Positions 42,887-54,786 are shown, numbered from the stretch's first letter. The stretch: 64,000 bases of DNA from Escherichia coli (GCF_013122565.1 NZ_CP053258.1), one strand, 5' to 3'. Notes: generated from the sequence alone by a model not told the origin. Translations and numbers: made by a program.

Positions 42887-45259
42887 ATGAAGCGAGTTCT
42901 TATTCCTGGCGTCATTTTATGTGGCGCTGATGTGGCGCAGGCCGTCGATGACAAAAACATGTACATGCATTTTTTTGAAGAGATGACGGTCTATGCTCCT
43001 GTCCCTGTACCCGTAAACGGCAACACGCATTACACCAGTGAAAGCATCGAGCGTTTACCGACCGGGAATGGCAATATCAGCGATCTGCTGAGAACCAACC
43101 CTGCGGTACGCATGGATTCAACACAAAGTACCTCGTTGAACCAGGGAGATATTCGCCCTGAGAAAATCTCTATTCACGGTGCGTCGCCCTACCAGAATGC
43201 CTATTTGATTGACGGTATTAGTGCAACTAATAACCTGAACCCCGCGAATGAGTCCGATGCCAGTAGTGCAACCAATATTAGCGGGATGTCACAGGGGTAT
43301 TATCTTGATGTCAGCTTACTGGACAATGTGACGCTTTATGACAGTTTTGTGCCGGTTGAATTTGGTCGCTTCAATGGCGGGGTAATTGATGCAAAGATCA
43401 AACGCTTCAACGCTGATGATAGCAGCGTGAAACTGGGTTACCGCACTACGCGTTCGGACTGGTTAACATCGCATATCGATGAGAATAACAAGAGCGCATT
43501 TAATCAAGGTTCTTCAGGAAGTACTTATTTCTCTCCAGATTTTAAAAAGAACTTTTATACCTTGTCGTTTAATCAGGAACTCGCTGATAACTTTGGCGTT
43601 ACCGCCGGTTTATCGCGCCGCCAGTCTGATATCACCCGCGCGGATTATGTTTCGAATGACGGCATTGTCGCCGGTCGGGCACAATATAAAAACGTTATCG
43701 ATACCGCTTTGAGCAAATTTACCTGGTTTGCCAGCGACCGCTTTACCCACGATTTAACCTTAAAATATACCGGCTCCAGTCGTGATTATAATACCAGCAC
43801 CTTCCCGCAGTCTGATCGCGAAATGGGTAATAAATCCTATGGTCTGGCATGGGATACGGATACGCAGCTCGCATGGGCTAAACTGCGTACCACCGTTGGT
43901 TGGGATCATATTAGTGATTATACCCGTCACGATCATGACATCTGGTACACCGAACTTTCATGTACATATGGTGAAATTACAGGGCGTTGCACCCGTGGCG
44001 GATTAGGACACATTTCCCAGGCTGTAGATAATTACACCTTCAAAACACGCCTGGACTGGCAAAAATTCACCGTGGGTAATGTTTCGCATCAACCCTACTT
44101 CGGCGCGGAATACATCTATTCCGATGCATGGACTGAACGCCATAACCAGTCTGAATCCTATGTGATTAATGCTGCCGGAAAGAAAACTAACCATACCATT
44201 TACCATAAAGGTAAAGGCAGCCTGGAAATTGACAACTACACGCTGTATATGGCGGATCGCATTAGCTGGCGTAATGTGTCATTAATGCCCGGCGTGCGGT
44301 ATGACTATGACAACTATCTGTCAAACCACAATATCTCCCCGCGCTTTATGACGGAATGGGATATTTTTGCTGATCAAACCTCAATGATTACCGCAGGTTA
44401 TAACCGTTACTATGGCGGGAATATTCTTGATATGGGATTACGTGATATCCGCAATAGCTGGACGGAATCGGTATCAGGCAATAAAACCCTGACGCGTTAT
44501 CAGGATTTGAAAACGCCTTATAACGATGAACTGGCAATGGGGTTGCAGCAGAAAATCGGTAAGAACGTTATTGCGCGTGCAAACTATGTTTATCGTGAAG
44601 CGCATGATCAAATCAGTAAAAGCAGTCGTACCGACAGCGCGACTAAAACCACCATTACTGAATATAACAACGACGGCAAAACCAAAACGCATTCGTTTAA
44701 CCTCAGTTTTGAGCTGGCCGAACCCCTGCATATCCGCCAGGTAGATATTAACCCACAAATTGTCTTTAGCTATATCAAGAGCAAGGGCAACTTGTCGTTA
44801 AACAATGGTTATGAGGAGAGCAATACCGGTGATAACCAGGTGGTTTATAACGGTAATCTTGTCTCTTACGATAGCGTTCCAGTGGCAGATTTTAATAACC
44901 CATTAAAGATCTCCTTAAACATGGATTTCACGCATCAACCGAGCGGGTTGGTGTGGGCGAATACGCTGGCCTGGCAAGAAGCGCGTAAAGCTCGCATTAT
45001 CCTTGGTAAGACAAATGCGCAATACATCAGCGAATATTCAGATTACAAGCAGTATGTTGACGAAAAACTGGATAGCAGCCTGACCTGGGACACCCGCTTG
45101 TCCTGGACGCCACAATTTCTGAAACAACAAAACCTGACGATCAGTGCCGATATTCTCAATGTACTGGATAGCAAAACCGCTGTTGATACAACGAATACCG
45201 GTGTGGCGACCTACGCCAGTGGCCGTACTTTCTGGCTTGATGTCAGCATGAAATTTTAA
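42887..45259 (+). CDS. yddB: YddB, TonB-dependent-receptor-like outer-membrane protein
   Basis: 790-aa ORF ending in the aromatic residue typical of outer-membrane proteins (...DVSMKF). Confidence 0.92.
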   Translation: MKRVLIPGVILCGADVAQAVDDKNMYMHFFEEMTVYAPVPVPVNGNTHYTSESIERLPTGNGNISDLLRTNPAVRMDSTQSTSLNQGDIRPEKISIHGASPYQNAYLIDGISATNNLNPANESDASSATNISGMSQGYYLDVSLLDNVTLYDSFVPVEFGRFNGGVIDAKIKRFNADDSSVKLGYRTTRSDWLTSHIDENNKSAFNQGSSGSTYFSPDFKKNFYTLSFNQELADNFGVTAGLSRRQSDITRADYVSNDGIVAGRAQYKNVIDTALSKFTWFASDRFTHDLTLKYTGSSRDYNTSTFPQSDREMGNKSYGLAWDTDTQLAWAKLRTTVGWDHISDYTRHDHDIWYTELSCTYGEITGRCTRGGLGHISQAVDNYTFKTRLDWQKFTVGNVSHQPYFGAEYIYSDAWTERHNQSESYVINAAGKKTNHTIYHKGKGSLEIDNYTLYMADRISWRNVSLMPGVRYDYDNYLSNHNISPRFMTEWDIFADQTSMITAGYNRYYGGNILDMGLRDIRNSWTESVSGNKTLTRYQDLKTPYNDELAMGLQQKIGKNVIARANYVYREAHDQISKSSRTDSATKTTITEYNNDGKTKTHSFNLSFELAEPLHIRQVDINPQIVFSYIKSKGNLSLNNGYEESNTGDNQVVYNGNLVSYDSVPVADFNNPLKISLNMDFTHQPSGLVWANTLAWQEARKARIILGKTNAQYISEYSDYKQYVDEKLDSSLTWDTRLSWTPQFLKQQNLTISADILNVLDSKTAVDTTNTGVATYASGRTFWLDVSMKF

Positions 45260-45303
45260 TAGTTCGGATTTTACTTAACCGGGTAAATTCGCCCGGTTTT
45301 CGC

Positions 45304-48099
45304 ATGGAGATAATTATGAGAAACCTCTGTTTCTTACTGACGTTAGTGGCAACTCTGTTGCTCCCCGGGCGGCTGATTGCCGCCGCCTTACCGCAGGATG
45401 AAAAGTTAATTACCGGACAACTGGACAATGGCTTGCGATATATGATTTATCCGCATGCTCAACCAAAGGATCAGGTAAATTTATGGCTGCAAATTCATAC
45501 CGGTTCATTGCAGGAAGAAGACAATGAGCGCGGCGTGGCTCATTTTGTAGAACATATGATGTTTAACGGCACAAAAACATGGCCGGGTAATAAAGTCATC
45601 GAAACATTTGAGTCAATGGGCCTGCGTTTTGGTCGCGATGTTAATGCCTATACCAGCTATGACGAAACGGTGTATCAGGTGAGTTTGCCGACTACGCAGA
45701 AACAAAATCTGCAACAAGTGATGGCAATCTTCAGTGAATGGAGTAATGCCGCAACCTTTGAAAAACTCGAAGTAGACGCTGAACGTGGAGTAATTACTGA
45801 GGAATGGCGTGCCCATCAGGATGCGAAATGGCGCACCTCTCAGGCGCGCCGCCCTTTCCTACTGGCTAATACCCGTAATTTAGACCGTGAACCTATCGGC
45901 CTGATGGATACTGTCGCCACGGTCACACCGGCACAATTGCGCCAATTTTATCAACGCTGGTATCAACCAAATAATATGACCTTTATCGTGGTCGGCGATA
46001 TCGACAGTAAAGAAGCGCTGGCGCTGATAAAGGATAATTTAAGTAAGCTTCCAGCTAACAAAGCAGCTGAAAATCGCGTCTGGCCGACAAAAGCCGAAAA
46101 TCACCTGCGCTTTAATATCATTAATGATAAAGAAAACCGGGTGAACGGCATCGCACTCTATTATCGCCTGCCAATGGTACAAGTGAACGATGAGCAAAGC
46201 TTTATCGAACAAGCTGAATGGAGCATGTTAGTTCAGCTGTTCAATCAACGTCTGCAGGAACGCATACAGTCGGGCGAGTTGAAGACTATTTCTGGCGGCA
46301 CTGCGCGCAGCGTTAGAATTGCACCCGATTATCAGTCGCTGTTTTTCCGTGTAAATGCACGAGACGATAATATGCAGGATGCTGCGAATGCATTAATGGC
46401 AGAGTTGGCAACCATTGATCAGCATGGTTTTTCTGCTGAAGAACTCGATGATGTCAAATCTACCCGCCTCACCTGGCTGAAAAATGCGGTTGATCAGCAA
46501 GCTGAACGTGATTTACGTATGCTGACCAGTCGCCTGGCATCCAGCTCATTAAATAATACGCCGTTCTTGTCGCCGGAAGAGACATATCAACTTTCGAAAC
46601 GTCTGTGGCAGCAAATTACCGTGCAAAGTCTGGCGGAAAAATGGCAGCAGTTAAGAAAGAACCAGGACGCATTTTGGGAGCAAATGGTAAACAATGAGCT
46701 TGCCGCCAAAAAAGCATTGTCTCCTGCGGCTATCCTGGCGCTGGAAAAAGAGTACGCCAACAAAAAGCTGGCGGCTTACATCTTCCCAGGCAGAAATTTA
46801 TCGTTAACAGTAGACGCTGACCCACAGGCGGAAATTAGCAGCAAAGAAACGCTGGCTGAGAATCTGACATCATTAACACTTTCCAATGGTGCCAGGGTTA
46901 TTCTGGCAAAATCCGCGGGTGAAGAGCAAAAGCTACAAATTATTGCCGTATCGAATAAAGGCGATTTAAGTTTCCCTGCGCAGCAAAAATCACTTATCGC
47001 GCTGGCAAATAAAGCAGTTAGCGGAAGCGGCGTTGGCGAACTCTCCTCTTCCAGCCTGAAACGCTGGAGTGCGGAAAACTCGGTAACCATGAGCAGTAAA
47101 GTCAGTGGCATGAATACGTTGCTCTCCGTTAGCGCGCGGACTAATAACCCTGAACCTGGTTTTCAGTTGATTAACCAGCGAATCACCCACAGCACGATTA
47201 ACGACAATATTTGGGCATCGCTACAAAATGCTCAAATTCAGGCGTTGAAAACGCTCGACCAGCGTCCAGCGGAGAAATTCGCCCAGCAGATGTATGAGAC
47301 GCGCTATGCTGATGACCGCACGAAATTACTGCAAGAAAATCAGATTGCACAGTTTACTGCCGCAGATGCGCTGGCTGCCGATCGCCAGTTGTTTTCATCT
47401 CCAGCGGATATCACGTTTGTCATTGTAGGTAATGTCGCAGAAGACAAACTCGTGGCGTTAATTACGCGTTACTTAGGATCAATCAAACACTCTGATTCGC
47501 CATTAGCCGCAGGTAAACCATTAACTCGCGCGATGGACAACGCATCGGTTACTGTAAAAGAACAAAATGAACCTGTGGCACAGGTTTCACAGTGGAAGCG
47601 TTATGATTCCCGGACACCTGTTAATCTGGCGACGCGTATGGCGCTCGATGCTTTTAACGTCGCACTGGCAAAAGATCTACGCGTTAATATTCGTGAACAG
47701 GCATCTGGGGCATACAGCGTTTCTTCTCGCCTCTCGGTTGATCCTCAGGCTAAAGATATCAGTCATTTGCTGGCTTTTACTTGTCAACCAGAACGACATG
47801 ATGAACTGTTAACGTTAGCGAATGAAGTGATGGTTAAGCATTTGACTAAAGGGATCAGTGAGCAAGAACTGAACGAATACCAGCAAAACTTTCAGCGCAG
47901 CCTCGATATCCAACAGCGTAGCGTTCAACAATTAGCGAACACTATTGTAAATAGTCTTATTCAATATGACGATCCTGCAGCATGGACTGAGCAGGAGCAA
48001 TTGTTGAAACAAATGACGGTAGAGAATGTTAACACTGTCGTTAAACAATATCTTTCTCATCCGGTAAATACTTATACCGGAGTATTATTGCCAAAATAA
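45304..48099 (+). CDS. pqqL: PqqL, periplasmic M16-family zinc metallopeptidase
   Basis: 931-aa ORF with the inverted zinc-binding motif HFVEH. An alternative start at 45316 (MRNLCF...) is possible. Confidence 0.92.
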   Translation: MEIIMRNLCFLLTLVATLLLPGRLIAAALPQDEKLITGQLDNGLRYMIYPHAQPKDQVNLWLQIHTGSLQEEDNERGVAHFVEHMMFNGTKTWPGNKVIETFESMGLRFGRDVNAYTSYDETVYQVSLPTTQKQNLQQVMAIFSEWSNAATFEKLEVDAERGVITEEWRAHQDAKWRTSQARRPFLLANTRNLDREPIGLMDTVATVTPAQLRQFYQRWYQPNNMTFIVVGDIDSKEALALIKDNLSKLPANKAAENRVWPTKAENHLRFNIINDKENRVNGIALYYRLPMVQVNDEQSFIEQAEWSMLVQLFNQRLQERIQSGELKTISGGTARSVRIAPDYQSLFFRVNARDDNMQDAANALMAELATIDQHGFSAEELDDVKSTRLTWLKNAVDQQAERDLRMLTSRLASSSLNNTPFLSPEETYQLSKRLWQQITVQSLAEKWQQLRKNQDAFWEQMVNNELAAKKALSPAAILALEKEYANKKLAAYIFPGRNLSLTVDADPQAEISSKETLAENLTSLTLSNGARVILAKSAGEEQKLQIIAVSNKGDLSFPAQQKSLIALANKAVSGSGVGELSSSSLKRWSAENSVTMSSKVSGMNTLLSVSARTNNPEPGFQLINQRITHSTINDNIWASLQNAQIQALKTLDQRPAEKFAQQMYETRYADDRTKLLQENQIAQFTAADALAADRQLFSSPADITFVIVGNVAEDKLVALITRYLGSIKHSDSPLAAGKPLTRAMDNASVTVKEQNEPVAQVSQWKRYDSRTPVNLATRMALDAFNVALAKDLRVNIREQASGAYSVSSRLSVDPQAKDISHLLAFTCQPERHDELLTLANEVMVKHLTKGISEQELNEYQQNFQRSLDIQQRSVQQLANTIVNSLIQYDDPAAWTEQEQLLKQMTVENVNTVVKQYLSHPVNTYTGVLLPK

Positions 48100-48105
48100 T
48101 AACAG

Positions 48106-48135
48106 CCCCGTCAACACATCGTTGGCGGGGATTTT
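48106..48135 (+). terminator. Rho-independent terminator after pqqL
   Basis: CCCCGTCAAC / GTTGGCGGGG stem (one G-U pair) followed by ATTTT. Confidence 0.55.
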
Positions 48136-48361
48136 AGCAATATTCGCTATTTTTATGTAATAATTTTATAAATGCGTTCAAAATAATAACCAAGTACTAA
48201 TAGTGATATTTTAAGGTCTGATTTTTACGTGATAATTCAGGAGACACAAAAAGCGCATAAAAATAACAACATAAAACACCTTACCACCACCCAAGAATTC
48301 TCTATTGCATTGTTTTTTAATGGAAAAATATTATTCTAACAATATCTCACGATAAATAACA

Positions 48362-48381
48362 TTAGGATTTTGTTATTTAAA
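48362..48381 (+). promoter_or_regulatory. GAD box (TTAGGATTTTGTTATTTAAA) upstream of gadB
   Basis: Exact 20-nt match to the gad-box sequence as I remember it; about 80 nt upstream of the gadB start. Confidence 0.75.
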
Positions 48382-48460
48382 CCCGAGTCCTTTGCACTTG
48401 CTTACTTTATCGATAAATCCTACTTTTTTAATGCGATCCAATCATTTTAAGGAGTTTAAA

Positions 48461-49861
48461 ATGGATAAGAAGCAAGTAACGGATTTAAGGTCGGAACTAC
48501 TCGATTCACGTTTTGGTGCGAAGTCTATTTCCACTATCGCAGAATCAAAACGTTTTCCGCTGCACGAAATGCGCGACGATGTCGCATTTCAGATTATCAA
48601 TGACGAATTATATCTTGATGGCAACGCTCGTCAGAACCTGGCCACTTTCTGCCAGACCTGGGACGACGAAAATGTCCACAAGTTGATGGATTTATCCATT
48701 AACAAAAACTGGATCGACAAAGAAGAATATCCGCAATCTGCAGCCATCGACCTGCGTTGCGTAAACATGGTTGCCGATCTGTGGCATGCGCCTGCGCCGA
48801 AAAATGGTCAGGCCGTTGGCACCAACACCATTGGTTCTTCCGAGGCCTGTATGCTCGGCGGGATGGCGATGAAATGGCGTTGGCGCAAGCGTATGGAAGC
48901 TGCAGGCAAACCAACGGATAAACCAAACCTGGTGTGCGGTCCGGTGCAAATCTGCTGGCATAAATTCGCCCGCTACTGGGATGTGGAGCTGCGTGAGATC
49001 CCTATGCGCCCCGGTCAGTTGTTTATGGACCCGAAACGCATGATTGAAGCCTGCGACGAAAACACCATCGGCGTGGTGCCGACTTTCGGCGTGACCTACA
49101 CCGGTAACTATGAGTTCCCGCAACCGCTGCACGATGCGCTGGATAAATTCCAGGCCGACACCGGTATCGACATCGACATGCACATCGACGCCGCCAGCGG
49201 TGGCTTTCTGGCACCGTTCGTCGCCCCGGATATCGTCTGGGACTTCCGCCTGCCGCGGGTGAAATCGATCAGTGCTTCAGGCCACAAATTCGGTCTGGCT
49301 CCGCTGGGCTGCGGCTGGGTTATCTGGCGTGACGAAGAAGCACTGCCGCAGGAACTGGTGTTCAACGTTGACTACCTGGGTGGTCAGATTGGTACTTTCG
49401 CCATCAACTTCTCCCGCCCGGCAGGTCAGGTAATTGCACAGTACTATGAATTCCTGCGCCTCGGTCGTGAAGGCTATACCAAAGTACAGAACGCCTCTTA
49501 CCAGGTTGCCGCTTATCTGGCGGATGAAATCGCCAAACTGGGGCCGTATGAGTTCATCTGTACGGGTCGCCCGGACGAAGGCATCCCGGCGGTTTGCTTC
49601 AAACTGAAAGATGGTGAAGATCCGGGATACACCCTGTACGACCTCTCTGAACGTCTGCGTCTGCGCGGCTGGCAGGTTCCGGCCTTCACTCTCGGCGGTG
49701 AAGCCACCGACATCGTGGTGATGCGCATTATGTGTCGTCGCGGCTTCGAAATGGACTTTGCTGAACTGTTGCTGGAAGACTACAAAGCCTCCCTGAAATA
49801 TCTCAGCGATCACCCGAAACTGCAGGGTATTGCCCATCAGAACAGCTTTAAACATACCTGA
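48461..49861 (+). CDS. gadB: Glutamate decarboxylase beta
   Basis: 466 aa from ATG 48461 ([23 protein letters not shown]...) with RBS GGAG at 48451-48454. Confidence 0.95.
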   Translation: MDKKQVTDLRSELLDSRFGAKSISTIAESKRFPLHEMRDDVAFQIINDELYLDGNARQNLATFCQTWDDENVHKLMDLSINKNWIDKEEYPQSAAIDLRCVNMVADLWHAPAPKNGQAVGTNTIGSSEACMLGGMAMKWRWRKRMEAAGKPTDKPNLVCGPVQICWHKFARYWDVELREIPMRPGQLFMDPKRMIEACDENTIGVVPTFGVTYTGNYEFPQPLHDALDKFQADTGIDIDMHIDAASGGFLAPFVAPDIVWDFRLPRVKSISASGHKFGLAPLGCGWVIWRDEEALPQELVFNVDYLGGQIGTFAINFSRPAGQVIAQYYEFLRLGREGYTKVQNASYQVAAYLADEIAKLGPYEFICTGRPDEGIPAVCFKLKDGEDPGYTLYDLSERLRLRGWQVPAFTLGGEATDIVVMRIMCRRGFEMDFAELLLEDYKASLKYLSDHPKLQGIAHQNSFKHT

Positions 49862-49881
49862 TAACGTTTAACGGTAACGGT

Positions 49882-49907
49882 GTCCCGAAACGAACCCGTT
49901 TCGGGAC
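49882..49907 (+). other. 10-bp-stem hairpin in the gadB-gadC intergenic region
   Basis: GTCCCGAAAC-GAACCC-GTTTCGGGAC, followed by only a weak T tract. Confidence 0.5.
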
Positions 49908-50016
49908 AATTTCCAAAGTCTGTTCACTGGCATTAGCAACGGAAAATATTGTTCTGAATACGCTTCAGAACAAAACAGGTGCGGTTCCGACAGGAATACC
50001 GTTTTAGGGGGATAAT

Positions 50017-51552
50017 ATGGCTACATCAGTACAGACAGGTAAAGCTAAGCAGCTCACATTACTCGGATTCTTTGCCATAACGGCATCGATGGTAATGGCT
50101 GTTTATGAATACCCTACCTTCGCAACATCGGGCTTTTCATTAGTCTTCTTCCTGCTATTAGGCGGGATTTTATGGTTTATTCCCGTGGGACTTTGTGCTG
50201 CGGAAATGGCCACCGTCGACGGCTGGGAAGAAGGTGGTGTCTTCGCCTGGGTATCAAATACTCTGGGGCCGAGATGGGGATTTGCAGCGATCTCATTTGG
50301 CTATCTGCAAATCGCCATTGGTTTTATTCCGATGCTCTATTTCGTGTTAGGGGCACTCTCCTACATCCTGAAATGGCCAGCGCTGAATGAAGACCCCATT
50401 ACCAAAACTATTGCAGCACTCATCATTCTTTGGGCGCTGGCATTAACGCAGTTTGGTGGCACGAAATACACGGCGCGAATTGCTAAAGTTGGCTTCTTCG
50501 CCGGTATCCTGTTACCTGCATTTATTTTGATCGCATTAGCCGCTATTTATCTGCACTCCGGTGCCCCCGTTGCTATCGAAATGGATGCGAAGACCTTCTT
50601 CCCTGACTTCTCTAAAGTGGGCACCCTGGTTGTATTTGTTGCCTTCATTTTGAGTTATATGGGCGTTGAAGCTTCCGCAACCCACGTCAATGAAATGAGC
50701 AATCCAGGGCGCGACTATCCACTGGCTATGTTACTGCTGATGGTGGCGGCAATCTGCTTAAGCTCTGTTGGCGGTTTGTCTATTGCGATGGTCATTCCGG
50801 GTAATGAAATCAACCTCTCCGCAGGTGTAATGCAAACCTTTACTGTTCTGATGTCCCATGTGGCACCGGAAATTGAGTGGACGGTTCGCGTAATCTCCGC
50901 ACTGCTGTTGCTGGGTGTTCTGGCGGAAATCGCCTCCTGGATTGTTGGTCCTTCTCGCGGGATGTATGTCACAGCGCAGAAAAACCTGCTGCCAGCAGCA
51001 TTCGCTAAAATGAACAAAAATGGCGTACCGGTAACGCTGGTCATTTCGCAGCTGGTGATTACTTCTATCGCGTTGATCATCCTCACCAATACCGGTGGCG
51101 GTAACAACATGTCCTTCCTGATCGCACTGGCGCTGACGGTGGTGATTTATCTGTGTGCTTATTTCATGCTGTTTATTGGCTACATTGTGTTGGTTCTTAA
51201 ACATCCTGACTTAAAACGCACATTTAATATCCCTGGTGGTAAAGGGGTGAAACTGGTCGTGGCTATTGTCGGTCTGCTGACTTCAATTATGGCGTTTATT
51301 GTTTCCTTCCTGCCGCCGGATAACATCCAGGGTGACTCTACTGATATGTATGTTGAATTACTGGTCGTTAGTTTCCTGGTGGTACTTGCCCTGCCCTTTA
51401 TTCTCTATGCTGTTCATGATCGTAAAGGCAAAGGGAATACCGGCGTTACTCTGGAGCCAATCAACAGTCAGAACGCACCAAAAGGTCACTTCTTCCTGCA
51501 CCCGCGTGCACGTTCACCACACTATATTGTGATGAATGACAAGAAACACTAA
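50017..51552 (+). CDS. gadC: Glutamate:GABA antiporter
   Basis: 511-aa polytopic membrane ORF immediately downstream of gadB. Confidence 0.95.
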   Translation: MATSVQTGKAKQLTLLGFFAITASMVMAVYEYPTFATSGFSLVFFLLLGGILWFIPVGLCAAEMATVDGWEEGGVFAWVSNTLGPRWGFAAISFGYLQIAIGFIPMLYFVLGALSYILKWPALNEDPITKTIAALIILWALALTQFGGTKYTARIAKVGFFAGILLPAFILIALAAIYLHSGAPVAIEMDAKTFFPDFSKVGTLVVFVAFILSYMGVEASATHVNEMSNPGRDYPLAMLLLMVAAICLSSVGGLSIAMVIPGNEINLSAGVMQTFTVLMSHVAPEIEWTVRVISALLLLGVLAEIASWIVGPSRGMYVTAQKNLLPAAFAKMNKNGVPVTLVISQLVITSIALIILTNTGGGNNMSFLIALALTVVIYLCAYFMLFIGYIVLVLKHPDLKRTFNIPGGKGVKLVVAIVGLLTSIMAFIVSFLPPDNIQGDSTDMYVELLVVSFLVVLALPFILYAVHDRKGKGNTGVTLEPINSQNAPKGHFFLHPRARSPHYIVMNDKKH

Positions 51553-51577
51553 CCATGTCTGAATGGTTATAAGATAA

Positions 51578-51606
51578 GGGAGCGATAATTCATCGCTCCC
51601 TTTTTC
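51578..51606 (+). terminator. Rho-independent terminator after gadC
   Basis: GGGAGCGAT-AATTC-ATCGCTCCC followed by TTTTT. Confidence 0.75.
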
Positions 51607-51682
51607 GTGCTTGCTGTCGTATTGACTTAACCGGGATAAGTACGAGAATGAGCGCACATCTGTTTACCGGAAACCAGCACAT

Positions 51683-53002
51683 ATGGATATCTGCTCCCGA
51701 AACGAGAAATTAGCGATTAGAAGACCAGCGATACTGGTTGCACTGGCACTTTTACTGTGTAGTTGTAAAAGCACGCCTCCAGAGTCCATGGTGACACCAC
51801 CAGCGGGTTCAAAGCCACCAGCCACGACGCAACAATCGTCACAACCGATGCGTGGCATCTGGCTGGCCACGGTGTCTCGCCTCGACTGGCCACCGGTTTC
51901 CTCGGTTAACATTAGTAACCCCACCAGCCGGGCCCGTGTACAACAACAGGCGATGATCGACAAACTAGATCATCTGCAACGTCTCGGCATAAACACGGTC
52001 TTTTTCCAGGTCAAGCCAGACGGTACCGCCCTGTGGCCATCGAAAATTTTGCCGTGGTCCGATCTTATGACCGGTAAGATTGGTGAAAATCCGGGTTACG
52101 ATCCGCTGCAATTCATGCTCGACGAAGCCCACAAGCGTGGGATGAAAGTACACGCCTGGTTTAACCCCTATCGCGTATCGGTTAATACGAAGCCCGGTAC
52201 TATCAGGGAACTGAATAGCACCCTGTCTCAACAACCGGCGAGCGTCTATGTGCAACACCGCGACTGGATCAGAACGTCCGGCGATCGCTTTGTCCTCGAC
52301 CCGGGCATACCTGAGGTTCAGGACTGGATCACGTCAATAGTCGCAGAAGTGGTTTCCCGCTATCCGGTAGATGGCGTGCAGTTTGACGACTATTTCTATA
52401 CTGAGTCACCGGGTTCACGGCTAAATGATAACGAAACGTACCGCAAATACGGAGGCGCATTTGCGTCGAAAGCAGACTGGCGGCGCAACAATACTCAGCA
52501 GTTAATTGCAAAAGTATCGCACACCATTAAAAGCATTAAGCCGGGAGTCGAATTTGGCGTTAGCCCGGCAGGCGTGTGGCGTAACCGATCACACGATCCG
52601 CTCGGTTCCGATACCCGAGGCGCGGCAGCCTATGACGAATCCTACGCTGACACCCGTCGATGGGTGGAACAAGGATTGCTGGATTACATTGCTCCCCAAA
52701 TTTACTGGCCGTTCTCACGGAGTGCCGCGCGTTATGACGTGTTGGCAAAATGGTGGGCGGATGTCGTTAAACCGACCAGGACCCGCCTGTATATCGGTAT
52801 CGCCTTCTATAAAGTGGGTGAACCTTCAAAGATAGAGCCAGACTGGATGATTAACGGCGGCGTACCGGAACTGAAAAAGCAGCTCGATCTTAACGATGCG
52901 GTACCAGAAATTAGCGGCACAATCTTGTTCCGTGAGGACTATCTGAATAAACCGCAGACTCAACAAGCGGTCAGCTATCTGCAAAGTCGTTGGGGCAGTT
53001 AA
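51683..53002 (+). CDS. yddW: YddW, lipoprotein with glycoside-hydrolase-like domain
   Basis: 439-aa ORF with a lipoprotein signal ending in a lipobox-like LLCSC. Confidence 0.9.
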   Translation: MDICSRNEKLAIRRPAILVALALLLCSCKSTPPESMVTPPAGSKPPATTQQSSQPMRGIWLATVSRLDWPPVSSVNISNPTSRARVQQQAMIDKLDHLQRLGINTVFFQVKPDGTALWPSKILPWSDLMTGKIGENPGYDPLQFMLDEAHKRGMKVHAWFNPYRVSVNTKPGTIRELNSTLSQQPASVYVQHRDWIRTSGDRFVLDPGIPEVQDWITSIVAEVVSRYPVDGVQFDDYFYTESPGSRLNDNETYRKYGGAFASKADWRRNNTQQLIAKVSHTIKSIKPGVEFGVSPAGVWRNRSHDPLGSDTRGAAAYDESYADTRRWVEQGLLDYIAPQIYWPFSRSAARYDVLAKWWADVVKPTRTRLYIGIAFYKVGEPSKIEPDWMINGGVPELKKQLDLNDAVPEISGTILFREDYLNKPQTQQAVSYLQSRWGS

Positions 53003-53379
53003 ACTCCCATTTTTACTTTGTAACAAGCCGGTGCTTTACCCACTGGCTTGTTACCCTCTTGAACTATCCCACTAGTAATCATGCTTACTAAAGTCAAATT
53101 AACCACGCAATTAACCACACTTAGTTAAATAACCATAAATCCCCTAATAAAAATGTATGAATATGAAAAACCATACGATATTCGCTGTCACCGAAAAATA
53201 ATTACGATGGGCTATACTCTTCTGAAGAACAGTAGCGTAGATTGAAACTGTCCTAAGTCGCTTATTTCTTTTCAGTATATCTTCATATTTCAGGAGAATA
53301 TGGTGCAGTTAGTCGATCTCGCACGTTGCGTTTCGTTTTTGATTCCGTCTGATTTCCCAGCCTTATAAGGGTGTGAATT

Positions 53380-54762
53380 ATGGAGATGTATTTTAAAAGA
53401 ATGAAAGATGAGTGGACCGGACTTGTCGAGCAGGCAGATCCGCCCATTCGTGCTAAAGCCGCGGAAATTGCCGTTGCGCATGCTCATTATCTGAGTATCG
53501 AGTTTTATCGAATTGTCCGCATCGACCCGCATGCCGAAGAATTCTTGAGTAATGAACAAGTTGAGCGGCAGTTGAAAAGTGCGATGGAACGCTGGATTAT
53601 TAACGTGCTTTCCGCCCAGGTTGACGATGTCGAAAGGCTAATACAAATCCAGCATACCGTCGCGGAAGTGCATGCCCGCATAGGAATTCCGGTAGAAATT
53701 GTCGAGATGGGGTTTCGGGTGCTGAAAAAAATCCTCTATCCGGTAATCTTCTCTTCGGATTATTCCGCCGCAGAAAAACTTCAGGTCTACCATTTCTCTA
53801 TTAACAGTATTGATATCGCGATGGAAGTGATGACCCGCGCGTTTACCTTTAGTGACAGTAGTGCCTCAAAGGAAGATGAAAACTATCGTATCTTCTCGTT
53901 ACTGGAAAATGCCGAAGAAGAAAAAGAACGGCAAATAGCCTCAATACTTTCATGGGAAATAGATATTATCTATAAAGTCCTGCTGGATTCTGATTTAGGC
54001 AGTAGTTTGCCTTTAAGCCAGGCTGATTTTGGCCTGTGGTTTAACCATAAAGGTCGACATTATTTTAGCGGCATTGCCGAAGTGGGCCATATCTCCCGTC
54101 TGATTCAGGATTTCGACGGTATTTTCAATCAAACCATGCGTAACACCAGGAATTTGAATAACAGAAGTCTGCGGGTGAAATTTTTATTACAGATAAGAAA
54201 TACTGTATCGCAAATTATTACCTTGCTGCGTGAATTGTTTGAAGAAGTATCGCGCCACGAAGTCGGTATGGATGTACTGACGAAATTACTTAACCGCCGT
54301 TTCCTGCCGACTATCTTCAAACGCGAAATTGCCCATGCCAACCGGACCGGTACACCGCTGTCAGTGCTGATTATTGACGTTGATAAATTTAAAGAGATCA
54401 ACGATACGTGGGGCCATAACACTGGCGATGAAATTCTGCGTAAAGTCTCTCAGGCCTTTTATGACAACGTCCGCAGTAGTGATTATGTTTTCCGCTACGG
54501 GGGCGATGAATTTATCATTGTTTTGACTGAAGCTTCTGAAAACGAAACGTTACGTACCGCAGAACGTATTCGCAGTCGGGTGGAGAAAACCAAACTGAAA
54601 GCCGCAAACGGCGAGGATATTGCCCTCTCACTTTCCATCGGTGCCGCCATGTTTAATGGTCATCCTGACTATGAGCGCCTCATTCAAATAGCCGATGAAG
54701 CTCTGTATATCGCCAAAAGACGAGGTAGAAACCGTGTTGAACTCTGGAAAGCCAGTCTTTAG
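53380..54762 (+). CDS. dosC: DosC, globin-coupled diguanylate cyclase
   Basis: 460-aa ORF with a GGDEF motif (RYGGDEF). Confidence 0.93.
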   Translation: MEMYFKRMKDEWTGLVEQADPPIRAKAAEIAVAHAHYLSIEFYRIVRIDPHAEEFLSNEQVERQLKSAMERWIINVLSAQVDDVERLIQIQHTVAEVHARIGIPVEIVEMGFRVLKKILYPVIFSSDYSAAEKLQVYHFSINSIDIAMEVMTRAFTFSDSSASKEDENYRIFSLLENAEEEKERQIASILSWEIDIIYKVLLDSDLGSSLPLSQADFGLWFNHKGRHYFSGIAEVGHISRLIQDFDGIFNQTMRNTRNLNNRSLRVKFLLQIRNTVSQIITLLRELFEEVSRHEVGMDVLTKLLNRRFLPTIFKREIAHANRTGTPLSVLIIDVDKFKEINDTWGHNTGDEILRKVSQAFYDNVRSSDYVFRYGGDEFIIVLTEASENETLRTAERIRSRVEKTKLKAANGEDIALSLSIGAAMFNGHPDYERLIQIADEALYIAKRRGRNRVELWKASL

Positions 54763-54786
54763 ATGCGCCAGGATGCAGAGGTAATC

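Noticed and set aside
48692-49855. Several minus-strand ORFs (up to 192 aa) inside gadB
   Set aside because: Antisense shadows in a highly conserved gene; Arg-rich nonsense translations.
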